Assembly: GCF_009914755.1 (NCBI RefSeq)
Contig: NC_060926.1
Reading direction: 5' to 3' (one strand)
DNA length: 64,000 bases
DNA from: the human T2T-CHM13v2.0 reference genome, Homo sapiens
Shown: piece after piece, positions 12,579 through 28,845 of the stretch
Numbering within the stretch: the stretch's first letter is position 1
How the letters are laid out: the number at the start of each line of letters is the position of its first letter
Translations under genes and position numbers: made by a program
Notes under the pieces: model-generated
What the model was told of the DNA's origin: nothing
Databases searched by the model: none
The model's input: the letters and a program-made list of their open reading frames with translations, nothing else

Positions 12579-15170
12579 ATATTATCTTTAAGTCTCAGGT
12601 TCCTCATCTTTGAAATCAACTAATATTATGTGTTTATTGTTATAAGTCAAAGACAGAAATTTGAAATGAGGCCTACGATGCTGATTATATTTTGTTCTTT
12701 GATCCAGGTGATAGTTAAATAGATATGATCACCTAGTGAACACTCAAGACTTATGCACTTGTCTGCGTGTAATGTACACAAAAATGTGTAACTACTTAGT
12801 AGTAGTCTTATAAAAATAAACAAGATAATATGTGTGTATATATATGTAGTGTTAAGCAAAGTACCCAGTACATGTTGGCCAAAACAAATGTCATCTCTCT
12901 CCTCCTGTCTTTTGTTCACTTTTTTTCCTAGCCGAACAATCCTAGAGATTTTAAAGTACTTCTGCTTGTTTACTTTTGTTTCCAAAAAAGTTAATTATAA
13001 AGCAAATAAACTCGCTTTAGGAAAAATGCAAAAAATCTGATAATATGCTCATTTATAAATAAAAAAGCAAACAAAACCTCTAAATTGAAACAACAGCCAC
13101 CAGCCTACTCCCATCCTTTCCAAGATATTCTAATTCTCCTCTTCCTTTTCTCCAAGGCATTTTCCTAAGGATAGCTCCATTTTATCTTTTACATATACTT
13201 CTTTTCTTTTCCTATATTTTTCCACCTTCTTCTAATTTTCTTTGCTTTTCTATTGATTATGGGTTAAGTAAGAAAAAAAGGCAAGGGTGGCAGTCAGAGT
13301 GCGTGCAGAATTCTTCAAAGCAATGAATGTTGAGAAAAGCCGTGTATATTTAGAAGTTAATGGTCTCCCCTCTAGATTTCTATGCAGCTTGAATTCCTCA
13401 GTGTTTCTGAACTTCTTGTGTTTTTCTCTTATCTTTTAAATAATACTCTGCTACTGTTTTTCTCTAGATTACCATTTCAGTGGATTTGAAAAATCTCTTT
13501 CCATTATTTTTCTTTTCTCCTTACTTCTTTCTTCCCCTTCTCTTATTTTTTCTCTTTCTCTCCAACTTCATCTCTTTATTAATTTCCTTCTCTCCTTTTA
13601 AGTTTTGGTAACTGTTTTTCATTTGGCCAGCTCTCAGTATACCTTATTTGTGTTGGGTACCAAAGCAAACATCCTCACCAGTGATGCAAGACTGAAGAAG
13701 TGTGATCATTAGCTCTGCAATCACAACCACAAAACACCTGTGGCTTGCCTAAAACCTTCTTCTGTTAGACCCTTTCCTTACTTGGAAACAATCTCATCTT
13801 AAGAAATCAAGCAATACTTGAAGAAATTTTGAGGAACCCATAAGCAAGAAAAACTGTATACTCATTTCCCTTAACATGATACCATTTCACAGTTACCTGT
13901 GTGGTGCTTTTCATTGCTATAGAAATCGAATTAAACTCAGTGTGATTGTAGCATAATGGGATACTTCACTTGAGAAAGGGGATTTTTATAATTTGGAGAA
14001 GCATTGAGAGTCAGCAGTGAATATTCATGACACGGGCTAGGACCATTTAAACAGACGACTTCTAGGAGAGTCTCTTGAGGACATTTAATCTCTTGTGCTT
14101 GACCATCCTGACCCAAGGTGAGTTTGAGTCTCAAATACATTAAAATTCTCAAACCATTAGTTTTATTTTGTTCCTGTAAACCTAAAGTTTAACTTTCAGA
14201 ATACTTTTTCTCATTAGAATTATATGTTTAAAAATTCTTGGTGACATTCCATTCTTCACCTAATCTCACGTTTGTCTTGTTCTGTTTTGTCAAAAATGTT
14301 TTCCTAAAAATGAAAAAGAAAACCTCTAGAATGATTAATCGAGTGAGATTCTCAATAAATCTGCAACTAAAACCATCCGTAAGTCCTAACAAGTTTCAAT
14401 TTTTATCACGTTAGTGTCTTTTAGTAGATAAACTTTGCTCTAGGTCACTATCCAAAAAACTTATGTGAGTTCTGTTGATTGTATCCTGCCTTTGTGTTCC
14501 TAAGAGTTGATTTGGGAAGCAAAATCCCCCAAAAATCTATATTCTCAGGCCCATGGATAGTTAGAACGCAGGCTACAGATGTCAAACTCTCTAGTCAGGG
14601 GTCATGCCTAATAAAGTGCAGAAGGAATACATTGAACAGAATGTTATACACTTTTAGGGCGTTTTAAAATTTTTGGTCTAAGTCATGTCTCTAGCAGGCT
14701 AGACACCTGTTCCAGATATGTATTCTTAATATAACAAAAATTATTTAAATATCTTACCATGTGTCACAGTTACATCAATAATATTTGGAATCATACTGGA
14801 CCCTTTGAAAATTTTCAGTATGAGTAAAAATGTTTATCTTAGAAGTAAGTGGAGGGGAAACATCCTTATTATTAAGTGCTAAGCCTTTTTAAAATGGTCT
14901 ATGAAGATTCTAAATAGACTTCTGATTCCAAAATACCTATAACAATGAAGTCTTTGGCCATGGCTAATTAAAAAAAAACATAAAACTCTAGAGACTGTCT
15001 CATTTATTAATTTGCCAAATTCTTCTTTCTTTTAACATTTTCTTTATCCCACAGTATCTTTTCTTGCTTTTTGTGCTACCACACTATCAAATTTTACTCT
15101 TTTTCTCCCAAATTTCTTTTTCTAACCATCGTCTTCCCCCTCTGATTGTATCTGAAAATAACCACTTGCT

Positions 15171-15596
15171 TTTCTTCTTTTTTCTTTTTCTTTTTCTTTT
15201 CCTTCCTTCCTTCCTTCCTTCCTTCCTTCCTTCCTTCCTTCCTTCCTTCCTTCCTTCCCTCTTTCCCTTTCCCTTTCTTTTCTTTTATTTTTTCTTCTCT
15301 CTTCTCTTCTCTTTTTCTGGGTTGCACTCTGTTACCCAAGCTTGAATGCAATGGCAGGGATCACAGCTTACTGCAGTGTCAACCTCCTGGGCTCAGGTGA
15401 TCATCCTCCTTCAGCCTCCTGTGTAGCTAGGACTGCAGGCATGTACCACCACACATGGCTAATTTTAGTATTTTTTGTAGAAATGAGAGTCTCACTGTGT
15501 TGTCCAGGTTTGTCTCAAACTCCCAGGTTCAAGCAATCCACCTGCCTCAGCCTCTCAAACTGCTGGGATTATAGGCATGTGCCACCATGCTGGGCC
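15171..15596 (-). mobile_element. AluJ-like element whose tail has expanded into (CCTT)n (~15200-15257)
   Basis: Diverged rc Alu at 15320-15596 (tcaacctcctgggctcagg), preceded by a pyrimidine/(TTCC)n tract. Confidence 0.9.
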
Positions 15597-15899
15597 TCAA
15601 ATTGACATTTTCTTAAAAATTGGACTGCCAAACAAGGACATTAGCCCTAGTAGGCAGAAGATACTATCTTGGTCTGTGTTAGAGGCAATTGTTGAAATTT
15701 CTCTGAATCTCTATGGGATAGGCATAAATGTACTGATAAATTTGAGCAGTCCTGGGAATCCATAATCTCAATTTATTTGACCAATATCAATTAATACCAT
15801 GTTGAGAGGTCCTTCTATTTCTGAAGTCTGGTTCAGCAAAAAATAAAAAAAAAAATAAAATACCTGAAATAATGTAGCTATTCCTGAGGTATCATTAAC

Positions 15900-16700
15900 A
15901 GAATAGAAACTTAAAAAGCGCATGATATGGAAAAATCTTTGCTGATGGTTATACATGTTAAGTTTCCAGATAACTATTAATTAGACTTGCAGACATAAAA
16001 GGCTGTACCAAGTGGATATTTTAGAGATAAATTTTTAGCACTTACAGACAATATTATGAAGTAGCTATGTGGGCATAGAGAAATTCGGGAAATTAGCAGG
16101 CTGGTTCTGCTATAATAGATCTCAGTTCACCCTTAGGATATCTTCACTAAAGGAGCTTAACATAGCCCAGATGGTAGATTTGATTGCCCTCATTAGAGCT
16201 GGTCACTTGGCCAAAGACAAAAAAAATTATATTTACACAGAAAATAGCTCAAGTACCTGAACCTCAGTATGACTATATATGGGGATAGAGTCTTTAAGGA
16301 AGTGATTAAGGTTAAATAAAGTCATAATGATGGGGCCCTAATCTGATAAGATTAGCGTCCTTCTAAGAGGAGGAATCAACATCAGGGATTTTTTTTTCTC
16401 TCAACCCATGCCCAGAGGAAAGTCATATGAGGACGTAACACAAAGAGAGACATCTACAAATCACAGAGGTTGCACCAGAAATCAACCCTGCTAGCATATC
16501 GATCTTGAACTTCTAGTCCCCAGAACTGTGAGGAAATAAATTTTTGTTGCTTATGCCACCAGATCTGTGACATTTTGTTATGGAAGTCTGAGCTGACCAA
16601 TACACTTGAATAACTATCAGTGTCAATGTAAAACAAGCCATCTTTAGACTTAAGGAAACAGTCACCTGGCTCTCTAAGGCAGATGCAAATGGATTTTTCT
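15900..16700 (+). pseudogene. Decayed class I (gamma-like) ERV pol remnant: RNase H and start of integrase core
   Basis: IFADGY (15935-15952), IAQMVDLIALIRAGHLAKDKKNYIYTENS (ORF 16069-16260) and PGSLRQMQMDF (16665-16697) lie in pol order. They resemble F.DGS, AQ.AELIAL.RA..LA....NIYTDS and P....QMDF. Confidence 0.7.
16251..16604 (+). mobile_element. MaLR LTR (MLT1A/B-like), 5'-truncated
   Basis: gtgattaaggttaaa...gggccctaatc...cagaactgtgaggaaataaattt...ctgaccaataca. Confidence 0.85.
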
Positions 16701-18741
16701 TTGCCCGGGTTTAGTAATTCAGATTATGGCACTAAGTGTTTTGGGAAGGCTCCATGTCATTTTGATATAGTCACTGTGTGTTGCCATTCTTATGCATGTA
16801 TTCTCCACAGTCTCAGTCCTGCTCTGCAGCTGCTCTCGTGTCAAATGATCCATCACTCAACGGAAATGAACTCATCACTCCATAAAAGGAATAGGAAGAT
16901 CAGTCCATGATCCAATCCCAAACTATTTTTTCTGAGGATGATAATGTTATCTAGAAATCACAACAGTGGTATACATCTGAACATGGCTGCTTTAGTAGCT
17001 GAACGACTCTTCTCATCTTCTCATCAGTTAGGAAAGACTGAGAACTGGTAGCATAAATCCATCAATTATGGGATTGCAATTGCAGAATGTTTTGTGACTC
17101 ACATAATGTTTTCTTCTTTACTCAGAACTTCTCTATTTCACAGATTCTCACCTTAATAATTGAAGCAACTCAGGGTCACATCCTAGTTCTATAATTCTGC
17201 CTGAGGCACTCTGAGCCCAAACCATCAACAGGAAACAAACAAATAAAAAACCTGCTAATTTACTCTCCAATGAAACCTTTCCAGAATTATCTGTGTAGAG
17301 TTTCCTATTGCTGCAATAATTAATAAACTCAGTTTGCTTATATTGCAAATTTTAAAACTCGTAGTGGGAGATTTCCAGTTGCAAACAACAAGTCTTGGCT
17401 TTAATTATGAGTTCAACCAGTTTTTTTTCTCCTAATGTTTTAAATCTCAGTTCATCATAATGTCTGAGCTTGTCTGATTTTGGCATAGGGAATATAATTA
17501 GAAGTAGTGAATGAAGGCCTAGCTGCTGCTTTGATGTCAGCAGACACCCATTTCTCTTTCCAAACTGCTTTTAAAAAGTCAAACAACTTCCTTCTCTTCT
17601 TGCCTCACTCTCTACTTAATGTGATTTTCTTTTAATTTATGAAGGAAATAAAATCATTGCTTTTTAAGAATCATCCAACCAAGTCATTAAAGATATCTGG
17701 AATTCAAGATGTAGTCAAAATATTTCAAGGGCATTACAATATCCTCTGTCTTCTCTTATCTCTCAGGCAGTAAAACGGTACCAAGTGCAGAGATAGAAAC
17801 ACTGCTGTCAAAGTGGGTTAAAATCTTGACAGTATTGTGGCTTCTGATTTTAATTTCTCAATTAACTTATACAAATGAATAACTACCGTTATAGAAATAG
17901 CTTCTGGATTTCTTTGTCCTTTTTTTCCTGAAGTTAGGCTATATTTGGTATCTCTATAGAGATAGGCTATATTTGGTAAATCTGTTCTCACCTCACATAA
18001 AAGGTTAATATTCTACAAGTGGATAGATGTGGTGAGGACAACTAAAAGGAGATTGAATGATCTCATCAAATTATATTACACAACCTTTCAAAGAAAGCTC
18101 AGTTGGATTAAGAGGTTTCTTTATGTTCATGCCCAAAATGCCAAATTCCAACAGCCCACAAAATTTCTTTGAAGTATTTTTCTCATACGTTTGTTTGATG
18201 AACAGCTTAAAGCTCCATTTCCATCCTAGCAAGTGGCAGACAAAAAGCCAGATAGTAAATCATATTTTAATAAAAATGATTTTAATAAGTGAAAGATATG
18301 ATCCATTAAGTTAATCTTGTTAAGTAGAAGACCAAAATGAGAACTTAATGGGGTGCAAACATCACGGAGAATCAAAACACACACTAGAAACCATACTTGA
18401 GAACCAGAGATGAGTGAATGTTTGGTCATCAATATCCATGCTAGCCTTAATCTTGTGGTTATCCCACCACATCCCCCTTTTCAACAGAAGTCAGTGAGTA
18501 GCAAGCCTCATTGAATGTTGGATATTAGCAAGCACATGTAGTTTTGCTTCAAGTACTCTTTATTTTCTTCCAATCCTCAGGGCCTTTCTCAACATATGGT
18601 TTATTATAGCGTTGTGAATGATTGGTCTTTCATAAGGACATTTTCCTTGGCAGAAGGCTATTTGAAGTTCATTGCTTTTACAAGGTAAGATTTCTGGAAG
18701 TTCTAAGCTATATAAATAGGTTTGGAGGAACATTCTCTTAA

Positions 18742-19132
<391 letters not shown>

Positions 19133-19464
19133 AAGAATTTTTCTAATGAGGTATGTGCAAAGCAGAAACATTTTATGTTAAGTACAGGCATGGCCACAAA
19201 AATATCACTTAAGAAGAGAAGAATTTTGGGGTTCTCAGTGTAACATGGAGATGAACAATATCTCACTCTTTTGAGGATAACAATAGATTTCTCTCTTCTG
19301 CTTTTGCAATGATTAAAATTTTGGAAATTTATATGAGAAAAGTAAAGATATTTTAAAAAGTTTTCTTGTTTTTTTTAACTCTTTATTCTCTTAAATCTTG
19401 ACACTGTTCGTTGTAAGTTTGTGCTAGATACAGCCACTGTTTGGTTGAGAAAATTTCTCTATGT

Positions 19465-19645
19465 CTGTGACATCCATGAGATAGAAACCGATGGCTACAT
19501 ATGGCTATTTAAATTAAATTAATTAAACTTACATAAAATAAAAACTTGGTTCCATAGTTGCACTAGACACATTTTAGGGCTCAATAGCCATAGTATAAAC
19601 AGCATAGTATAGAACTTTCTATCAGAGAAAGTTTGTCAGGGAGCT
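19465..19645 (-). mobile_element. MER3-like hAT-Charlie DNA transposon
   Basis: tggctacatatggctatttaaattaaatt...gttgcactagacacattt...ctcaatagcca. Confidence 0.7.
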
Positions 19646-19756
19646 GTGCTAAAGGTGGTTTTCAAAATATAGCTGTAGCCTGAGAATATTTCTATACTAT
19701 TTTAATCAATTTTAACTAATTAATTAACTACATTATACTTTGTTAACATAAAGTCA

Positions 19757-21060
<1,304 letters not shown>

Positions 21061-21506
21061 GCTCACTGGGATAAATGTAGACACTTGGTAAGTCTATCAC
21101 GGTCTCCTTTCTGGTCACCAAATATTTGATATACTTCCCCTCTCACTGACAAAATATACTCCCTTTAAATAATCTATTCAGCTATATCAACAAACTCAAG
21201 CACCATTATATCTGGGTGAGGTATGATAGGTTATAACTTCAATTAGGTATGAATCCTATTAAACTAAAAACATAAGTTGTATATTCTCCACAGTTGCAAT
21301 ATACAATTGTGGTTTAGGGAAAGTGTAATAGTACTAAGGACTGCTATTTAGAAAAGAGTAATAGAGAACACAAAAAATTCATGTCTGTCTCAATTCCAAA
21401 ATTTTGTTGGGCAGACATTTCAAAGACCTCCCTACCCGGAGATTAGTAGTTAGCAAAAACTTTTTTAGGACTGAATTTCATTCTCTTCAAGAAATTTCCT
21501 AGTTCC

Positions 21507-21508
<2 letters not shown>

Positions 21509-21547
<39 letters not shown>
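21509..21547 (+). repeat. (TG)n microsatellite
   Basis: About 19 TG units. Confidence 0.97.
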
Positions 21548-21548
<1 letters not shown>

Positions 21549-21551
<3 letters not shown>

Positions 21552-22052
21552 TGCTGTGAAGGGTCTGAGATTGTACCATACTTGTAGACTAATAAGTTAG
21601 TCTGCCACAGTTTCATAGATGCTGGCAGAAAACATGAGAATTCTGAGATAGACACAAAGAACTTATTATTCGCAGCAATAGCACTAGGCAGAATATCAGC
21701 ATTTTCCTGTTCCTGTTCCTGGAGTCCTCATTCCCACAGAGTGATACAAATAGGGACAGCTGACTCCTGCGCACACAGCATGATGTATTACAGAAGCAGA
21801 ACCATGAATTTAGGGAACTCAAGTCTTTGATAATGGGCAGTAAGAAAGTCTGATCCAGAGGAAGATGTTATATTTATTGTACTGGACAGAAAACATTCAT
21901 GACTTTTGCCTGAAGAGACATTATTTTGATGTTCCAAAGCTGTTTGCTATACAAATATCTTTGCTAAGATGGTCCAAAACAAAGTCAGTTAGTGCCTCCA
22001 CTAGCAAGACGGAAAGAAACATGAGAAGCCTATGGAGAGTTGTCTTCTAACA
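21549..22052 (-). mobile_element. ERV solo LTR, family uncertain
   Basis: About 500 bp with TG...CA ends. gaagggtctgagatt...gttagtctgccacagtttcat..atgctggcaga matches an LTR consensus I recall but cannot name securely. Confidence 0.55.
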
Positions 22053-22699
22053 CTTCTGTTTTTGTGCTAATCCTTGGCCACATCTGACATAGGCATTGGA
22101 GAGTAAGTCCCCCAGGGAACAAGGAACAGGGAGCTGGGGAAATGTTTCTTGTTTGTAAAAGGCTTAGGTCCTAAGAATTTTTGTACATACAGTCAAAAAC
22201 ATTTTTAGTTCAGGTACACTGTGTCTTTGGCAGACAGATTCTTCAAAACCTGGCTTCAAAAACTTAGCTTCTTACCCCTTTGATCTTGAATAGTTTAATA
22301 TGTTCTTATCATATGCATATATCTTTTCCACATATGCCTTTTCTCTGAATTTAGTGTGGATATTCTAAGCTAATCAGTGTGGTGGGAAAGCAATATCCTT
22401 AACCTTGGGAAATTTTTTTCTACTGTTAAGATTTCCTCCGAATTTCAAACCATTCAGAGATTTTAACCATGGGTGTCTGAATATAACTTAGATGTTATAT
22501 TTGCCATTATGCTGAGCTCTAGTTGGCCTCTCTTGCTCAGAACACTTCTCCAACCTATATTTTACTCTTAGTATTGAGAAGTTGCTATGTCCAGCTCTCT
22601 AAGCCCCCAAATTCCCGAACTCTTTGTATTCTCACTAATTCCTAATTGCAAATGCGAGATTTGCTTTTTCTTAGAGGAACCATAGCAAATGCAATCAAA

Positions 22700-23330
22700 T
22701 AGAAGCCAATATGCTATTGCCATTATTTTTCCAAACTCTAACCCTAAAATCATAATATGTACTATATATATTACCTGCTTTTCAACTCACCGCAAGCAAA
22801 AATATTGTCAAATATTTTGCCTCTGTAAAACGTGGATCATCATGTTTTCAGCTCTCCATAACAGTTTTCTTTCTGCTTTCATTCAGTCATATATTTTAGG
22901 TTTCTTTTTAAAAAATTATGATGCTACCCTAATTCTACGTACCAGTTTTCATAACATGCTCTGTAACAGTTTCTATAAAAAGTGATCATCGAAATCTTAG
23001 TTGTTTAATGCGAAGATTTCTTTCTCGCACGTCATGTATGACTATTGGGTGTTGGTGGGAGTATTTGACTCATAGTAGTCTCTTAGCAACCTAAGCAGAC
23101 AAATCAGCTACCATTTTGAATGTTGCGGGACACTAATCGAGATGAGGAAAAGAAGTCGGACGGGGGTTGTGTTTGGCACCAGCAATTAAATGCTCTAGCT
23201 CAGGGAAGACGTGTTTTTCTTGCACTCATGGCCATAACTAGTCATACACCTCACTCAACCACAAGGGGTCAGCAGGTACAACTGGCCACAAATCTACGTG
23301 GTGAGAATTCTGAACTAACTGGTCAGCAAA
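22700..23330 (-). mobile_element. Old MaLR (MLT1-type) internal/LTR fragment
   Basis: aatcttagttgttta...ttctttctcgcac...ggccataactagtcat resembles rc MLT1 LTR; highly diverged. Confidence 0.45.
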
Positions 23331-23486
23331 ATTAATAAAAACAAAAACCTCTCCAACTCCCTGTCCCATGTTCCCTAGAAGACTTATTCTCCAGTGCCTA
23401 CTTCAGAGGTCACCAAGGATGAGGATGAAAACATTAAGATGAAGCATTAGGTGACAATTCTCCATGGGTTTTTCATGTTTTTGTGA

Positions 23487-23732
23487 CAGTAGTTCTCAAC
23501 TGGGGGCACTTTTATCCCTCAAAAGACATATAGAAATGTGTGAAGACATTTTTGGTTGTCTTCACAATTGGGAGACAACCCAAAATCAGAGAGGGGCTGA
23601 GTTTCTGGCACCTAGTGAGTATAGGCCAGGGATGTTACTAAACATCCTGTAAAGCACAGAGCAACACCCTCCCACACATGCCAACAAAAGTTATCCCGTC
23701 AAAGATTTTATAGTGCTGAAATGGAACAACTG
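23487..23732. mobile_element. MER20 hAT-Charlie DNA transposon
   Basis: cagtagttctcaactgggggc...gaagacatttttggttgtc...ggccagggatgttactaaacatcct...caactg. Confidence 0.85.
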
Positions 23733-24619
23733 TATCTTAGAGAAAGTCATCCATTTGTACTGGAATATACACTCAAGAATATTAATAACTTTGTTTTTAA
23801 TAGATCAATAGTAGAATCAATAAATACAAATACATTTTCAAAATAAACCAAGGTTATATAGAGTAACACAATTGTGGATCACAAACTATTGAGCGAAGAA
23901 AGTGAGTTATAAAGGAGTATAATGGCATACTCCATTTATGTATAGTTTGAAAGTAAGCAAAAGTAAAACATTAATTTTAGGGAGACATTGGTAGAAGGGA
24001 AATATATAAAATAATTATCATCAAAATTGGGAGATCTCCTGTGAGTGGGGAAGGTGAAAGGTGTGATACAAAGAAGTACAATATAAGTATGGTAGAGGAT
24101 GCTTCCCAACTTCCAAAAAGTTCTGTATATTCACAAAAAATAATTGCATGCGTATTCACTTCATAATGAGGGAAGACGAAAGGCTGGAGTTTAAATCCAG
24201 TATGTCTAGTGACCTGTGCCTCTTTAGAATGACAATCTAAGCCTGAGAACACATGCATTTTGGATAGTGGTTTTGTACCTAATCTGATTAAATATTTAGC
24301 TGAATGCTGCTGCTGGAATATCACTGCTTCTGCCACAGATGCCACAGGAAATATGAGGGTATGCATCACACCCAAGGCCTAAGCAGAAAACTTAAACAGA
24401 GAATGAAAAATAAGATAGAGGTCTGGGAATGAACAGAGAAAAGCTAACGTGCAAGAAGTTAATAACAGGGAGCTTAGGAGTTGATTTGAGGAAAGGCATT
24501 ATGTGTATCTTTCAAATGGTTCTCTGAATAATTAGGAGCAGGTGGAGAATGTGGCTGCTAAAAGCTCTGCACTCGTGTGTCGTCTATAATCTAGATAACA
24601 GAATTCAACACTTGACTAG

Positions 24620-24885
24620 GCAGTAGAGTGAAAAATATGTGTGTTTGAGGCAAGACAAACCAATACTAGAATATAAGTTCTTCTGCTTTCTAAATATGTG
24701 ACCTCAGGAAAGTAACTGAATTCCAAAATCTTAATAGTCTCAATAAAAAGTAGGGATAATTACATTTACTTACTAGGGCTTTGTGAGTTAATGTATAAGA
24801 AGCCACTGGTATGATGCCTAGCATAAGATAATGGTTCAATAAATAGCAATAGCTGCCATTATTGTTAATAATAGTATTATTGTTG
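24620..24885 (+). mobile_element. MIR SINE
   Basis: tgtgacctcaggaaagtaac...gggataatta...tgcctagcata...ttcaataaat (MIR core and tail). Confidence 0.75.
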
Positions 24886-25159
24886 TTATTCAGAGTCATT
24901 GTACCTGATATTTACTAATATGTCCTCTGCAAATGTCAGCAAATGCTTTGGATTGACTATTTCACATGACATGCTACATGTTTTATCTTTATTCATTGTT
25001 TTTTTTTCCTTCTACACAGTTGTTAAAGCAGGAGGAATAAGAAGGAGATTTCACTATTGTAGAACACACCAGAGACAATCTATTTATACAAGATATATTG
25101 ATTGATAAAACTTAAAAGTAAGCAAACAAACACTATTATTTAAAAAATAGGCAAAATAG

Positions 25160-25293
25160 AGCTGGACGTGGTGGTTCACGCCTATAATCGCAGCGCTTTG
25201 GGAGGCCGAGGTGGAGGATCACTTAAGCCCAGGAGTTTGAGACCAGCCTGGGAAATATTGGGAGACCCTGTCTCTACAAAAACAATTTTAAAA
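25160..25293 (+). mobile_element. Alu left monomer (FLAM_C/AluJ-like)
   Basis: gtggtggttcacgcctataat...gatcacttaagcccaggagtttgagaccagcctggg. Confidence 0.85.
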
Positions 25294-25303
25294 ATAGGAA
25301 ATA

Positions 25304-26650
<1,347 letters not shown>

Positions 26651-27304
26651 GGAAAAAAGGACTTGAGCTGATTTGAATTAGAAAAAAATGAAAAATTTAA
26701 GTTGTGAAAGATTGCTTTCTACGTTGATTAGTTGGATATCTACATTGATTCTCATGGCATGATATATAACATAAACTGTTCTGGTGAAGAGTTGTACAAT
26801 TAATCACAGGAAAATGAGGCAAACAGAAAGTTAATCTAACATTAATGTTCTCTATTCCATGAAAGCAGGCTGAAGAATGCTGCAAATACTCCATTTCACT
26901 TCATTCGTCTTGCTTTTTCACAGAGAGATGTGCGTAATTAAATCCAAGTGTATTTCCAGAAACATGTGACTCAAAAAGACATTCACGTCTTCTCATCTTT
27001 CTGATAACTTCGTGAAAAGTTATTGAATGAATTAAGCTAACACCTCACTATAATGACACACATCTATATGAAAGTTGCTGTAGGGCAGCTATGACTAAGT
27101 CAGGCTGCTGGGGTTGCCTCTGAGCCAACTTTTGACAGGATTTTTGACTTCTCTTCTCCCCACCCACCTTTTGTTTTTAAATTGTTCAAAATGTGACCAT
27201 AAAACAAGAAGAAACTACAGTTTGACTTAGTTCCCAAAAAGGAAAACATCCAAAATAGAAGTAGAAAAAGACACCATGGTGCATGTCTGATCTACATCAT
27301 AGAT

Positions 27305-28410
27305 ATAGTCCCATTGATTTGTTGCCTCTCAGTTCCAAGTCACCCCTTCTTTGTCCTATGTTGTAATACTGAAGCTTTACCCTGTAGACATTTCTCCTTT
27401 GCAGCTGTCTCAATGTTAGTCTTTGTCAATAGAAAGAGCGGAAGGGACACTGACAGATGAAGGGGTTTCCTGCTTCTAGTGTGCTGTTTTTGAGGACATG
27501 ACAGCCAGCAAATCACAGGAGAGGTCTGACAATGCTTACTTCAGGACCTTCATAGACTAGCTGTGGTTCTCACCAGGCAGCAAGTGTATCCCACCCAGTA
27601 GGCCACACCTCTACGAGATCTCTGCCCTGCTCCCGAAGGCTGGTTTCCTCATCACCTGAAGGCTGGTGTTCTTGTGGCAGCCATACTTTCTCCAAAGAGG
27701 TCTGAATTTCAGATGGGTGTAGGCGTTGGGAACAGGCCCCCAAATCTGGCCATAAACTGACCCCAGAACTGGCCATAAACAAAATCTCTGCAGCACTGTG
27801 ATATGTTTATGAAGGCCATGACACCCACGTTGAAGGTGGTGGGTTTACCAGAATGAGGGCAAGGAACACCTGGCCCACCCAGGGCGGAAAACCGCTTAAG
27901 GCATTTCTAAGTCACAAACAATAGCATGAGCTATTGTATATGTTCCTGCTGCAGATAACTAGCCAGAGCCCATCTCTTTGTTTTGGCCCATCACTTTGTT
28001 TCCCGTTTTAGTTAATCTATAATCTATAGAAACAATGCTTATCACTGGCTTGCTGTCAGTAAATATGTGGGTAAAACTCTGTTTGTGGCTCTGAGCTCTG
28101 AAGGCTGTCAGCCCCCTGATTTCCCACTCCTCACTGTATATTTCTGTGTGTGTATCTTTAATTCCTCTAGTGCTGCTGGGTTAGGGTCTCCACAACCGAG
28201 CTGGTCTCAGCAGGTAGGGAGATGTTCTAAGTTCAACCCTTCATTTTGCACTCTCCCTCAGCTCTAGAAATAGTAGCACCCGATTTATGCACTCGCTACT
28301 TCTGTGCATCTTAGAATTTTCTTGTTAACTACCTAGTTAACAATTCTGTATGTGAAATTTTCCCTCTTCCAATTCCCAGTATGTTTTATATATACAGATT
28401 GGAATCTGAC
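27305..28410 (+). mobile_element. Old ERVL LTR (LTR33-like), split by MER9
   Basis: gttgcctctcagttccaagtcacccc...catttctcctttgc...aatgttagtctttgtca. Resumes after 28218. Confidence 0.6.
27724..28212 (+). mobile_element. MER9 solo LTR (HERV-K HML-3 group)
   Basis: gttgggaacaggcccccaaatctggccataaact...cgagctggtctcagca. 6-bp TSD (t/g)gtagg at 27718-27723 and 28213-28218. Confidence 0.85.
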
Positions 28411-28484
28411 TGATGATTACATATATTATGTATAACTAACATACTAAATGTTCAGCGATAGAAAATCTAAACATGCTGATATGA

Positions 28485-28845
<361 letters not shown>

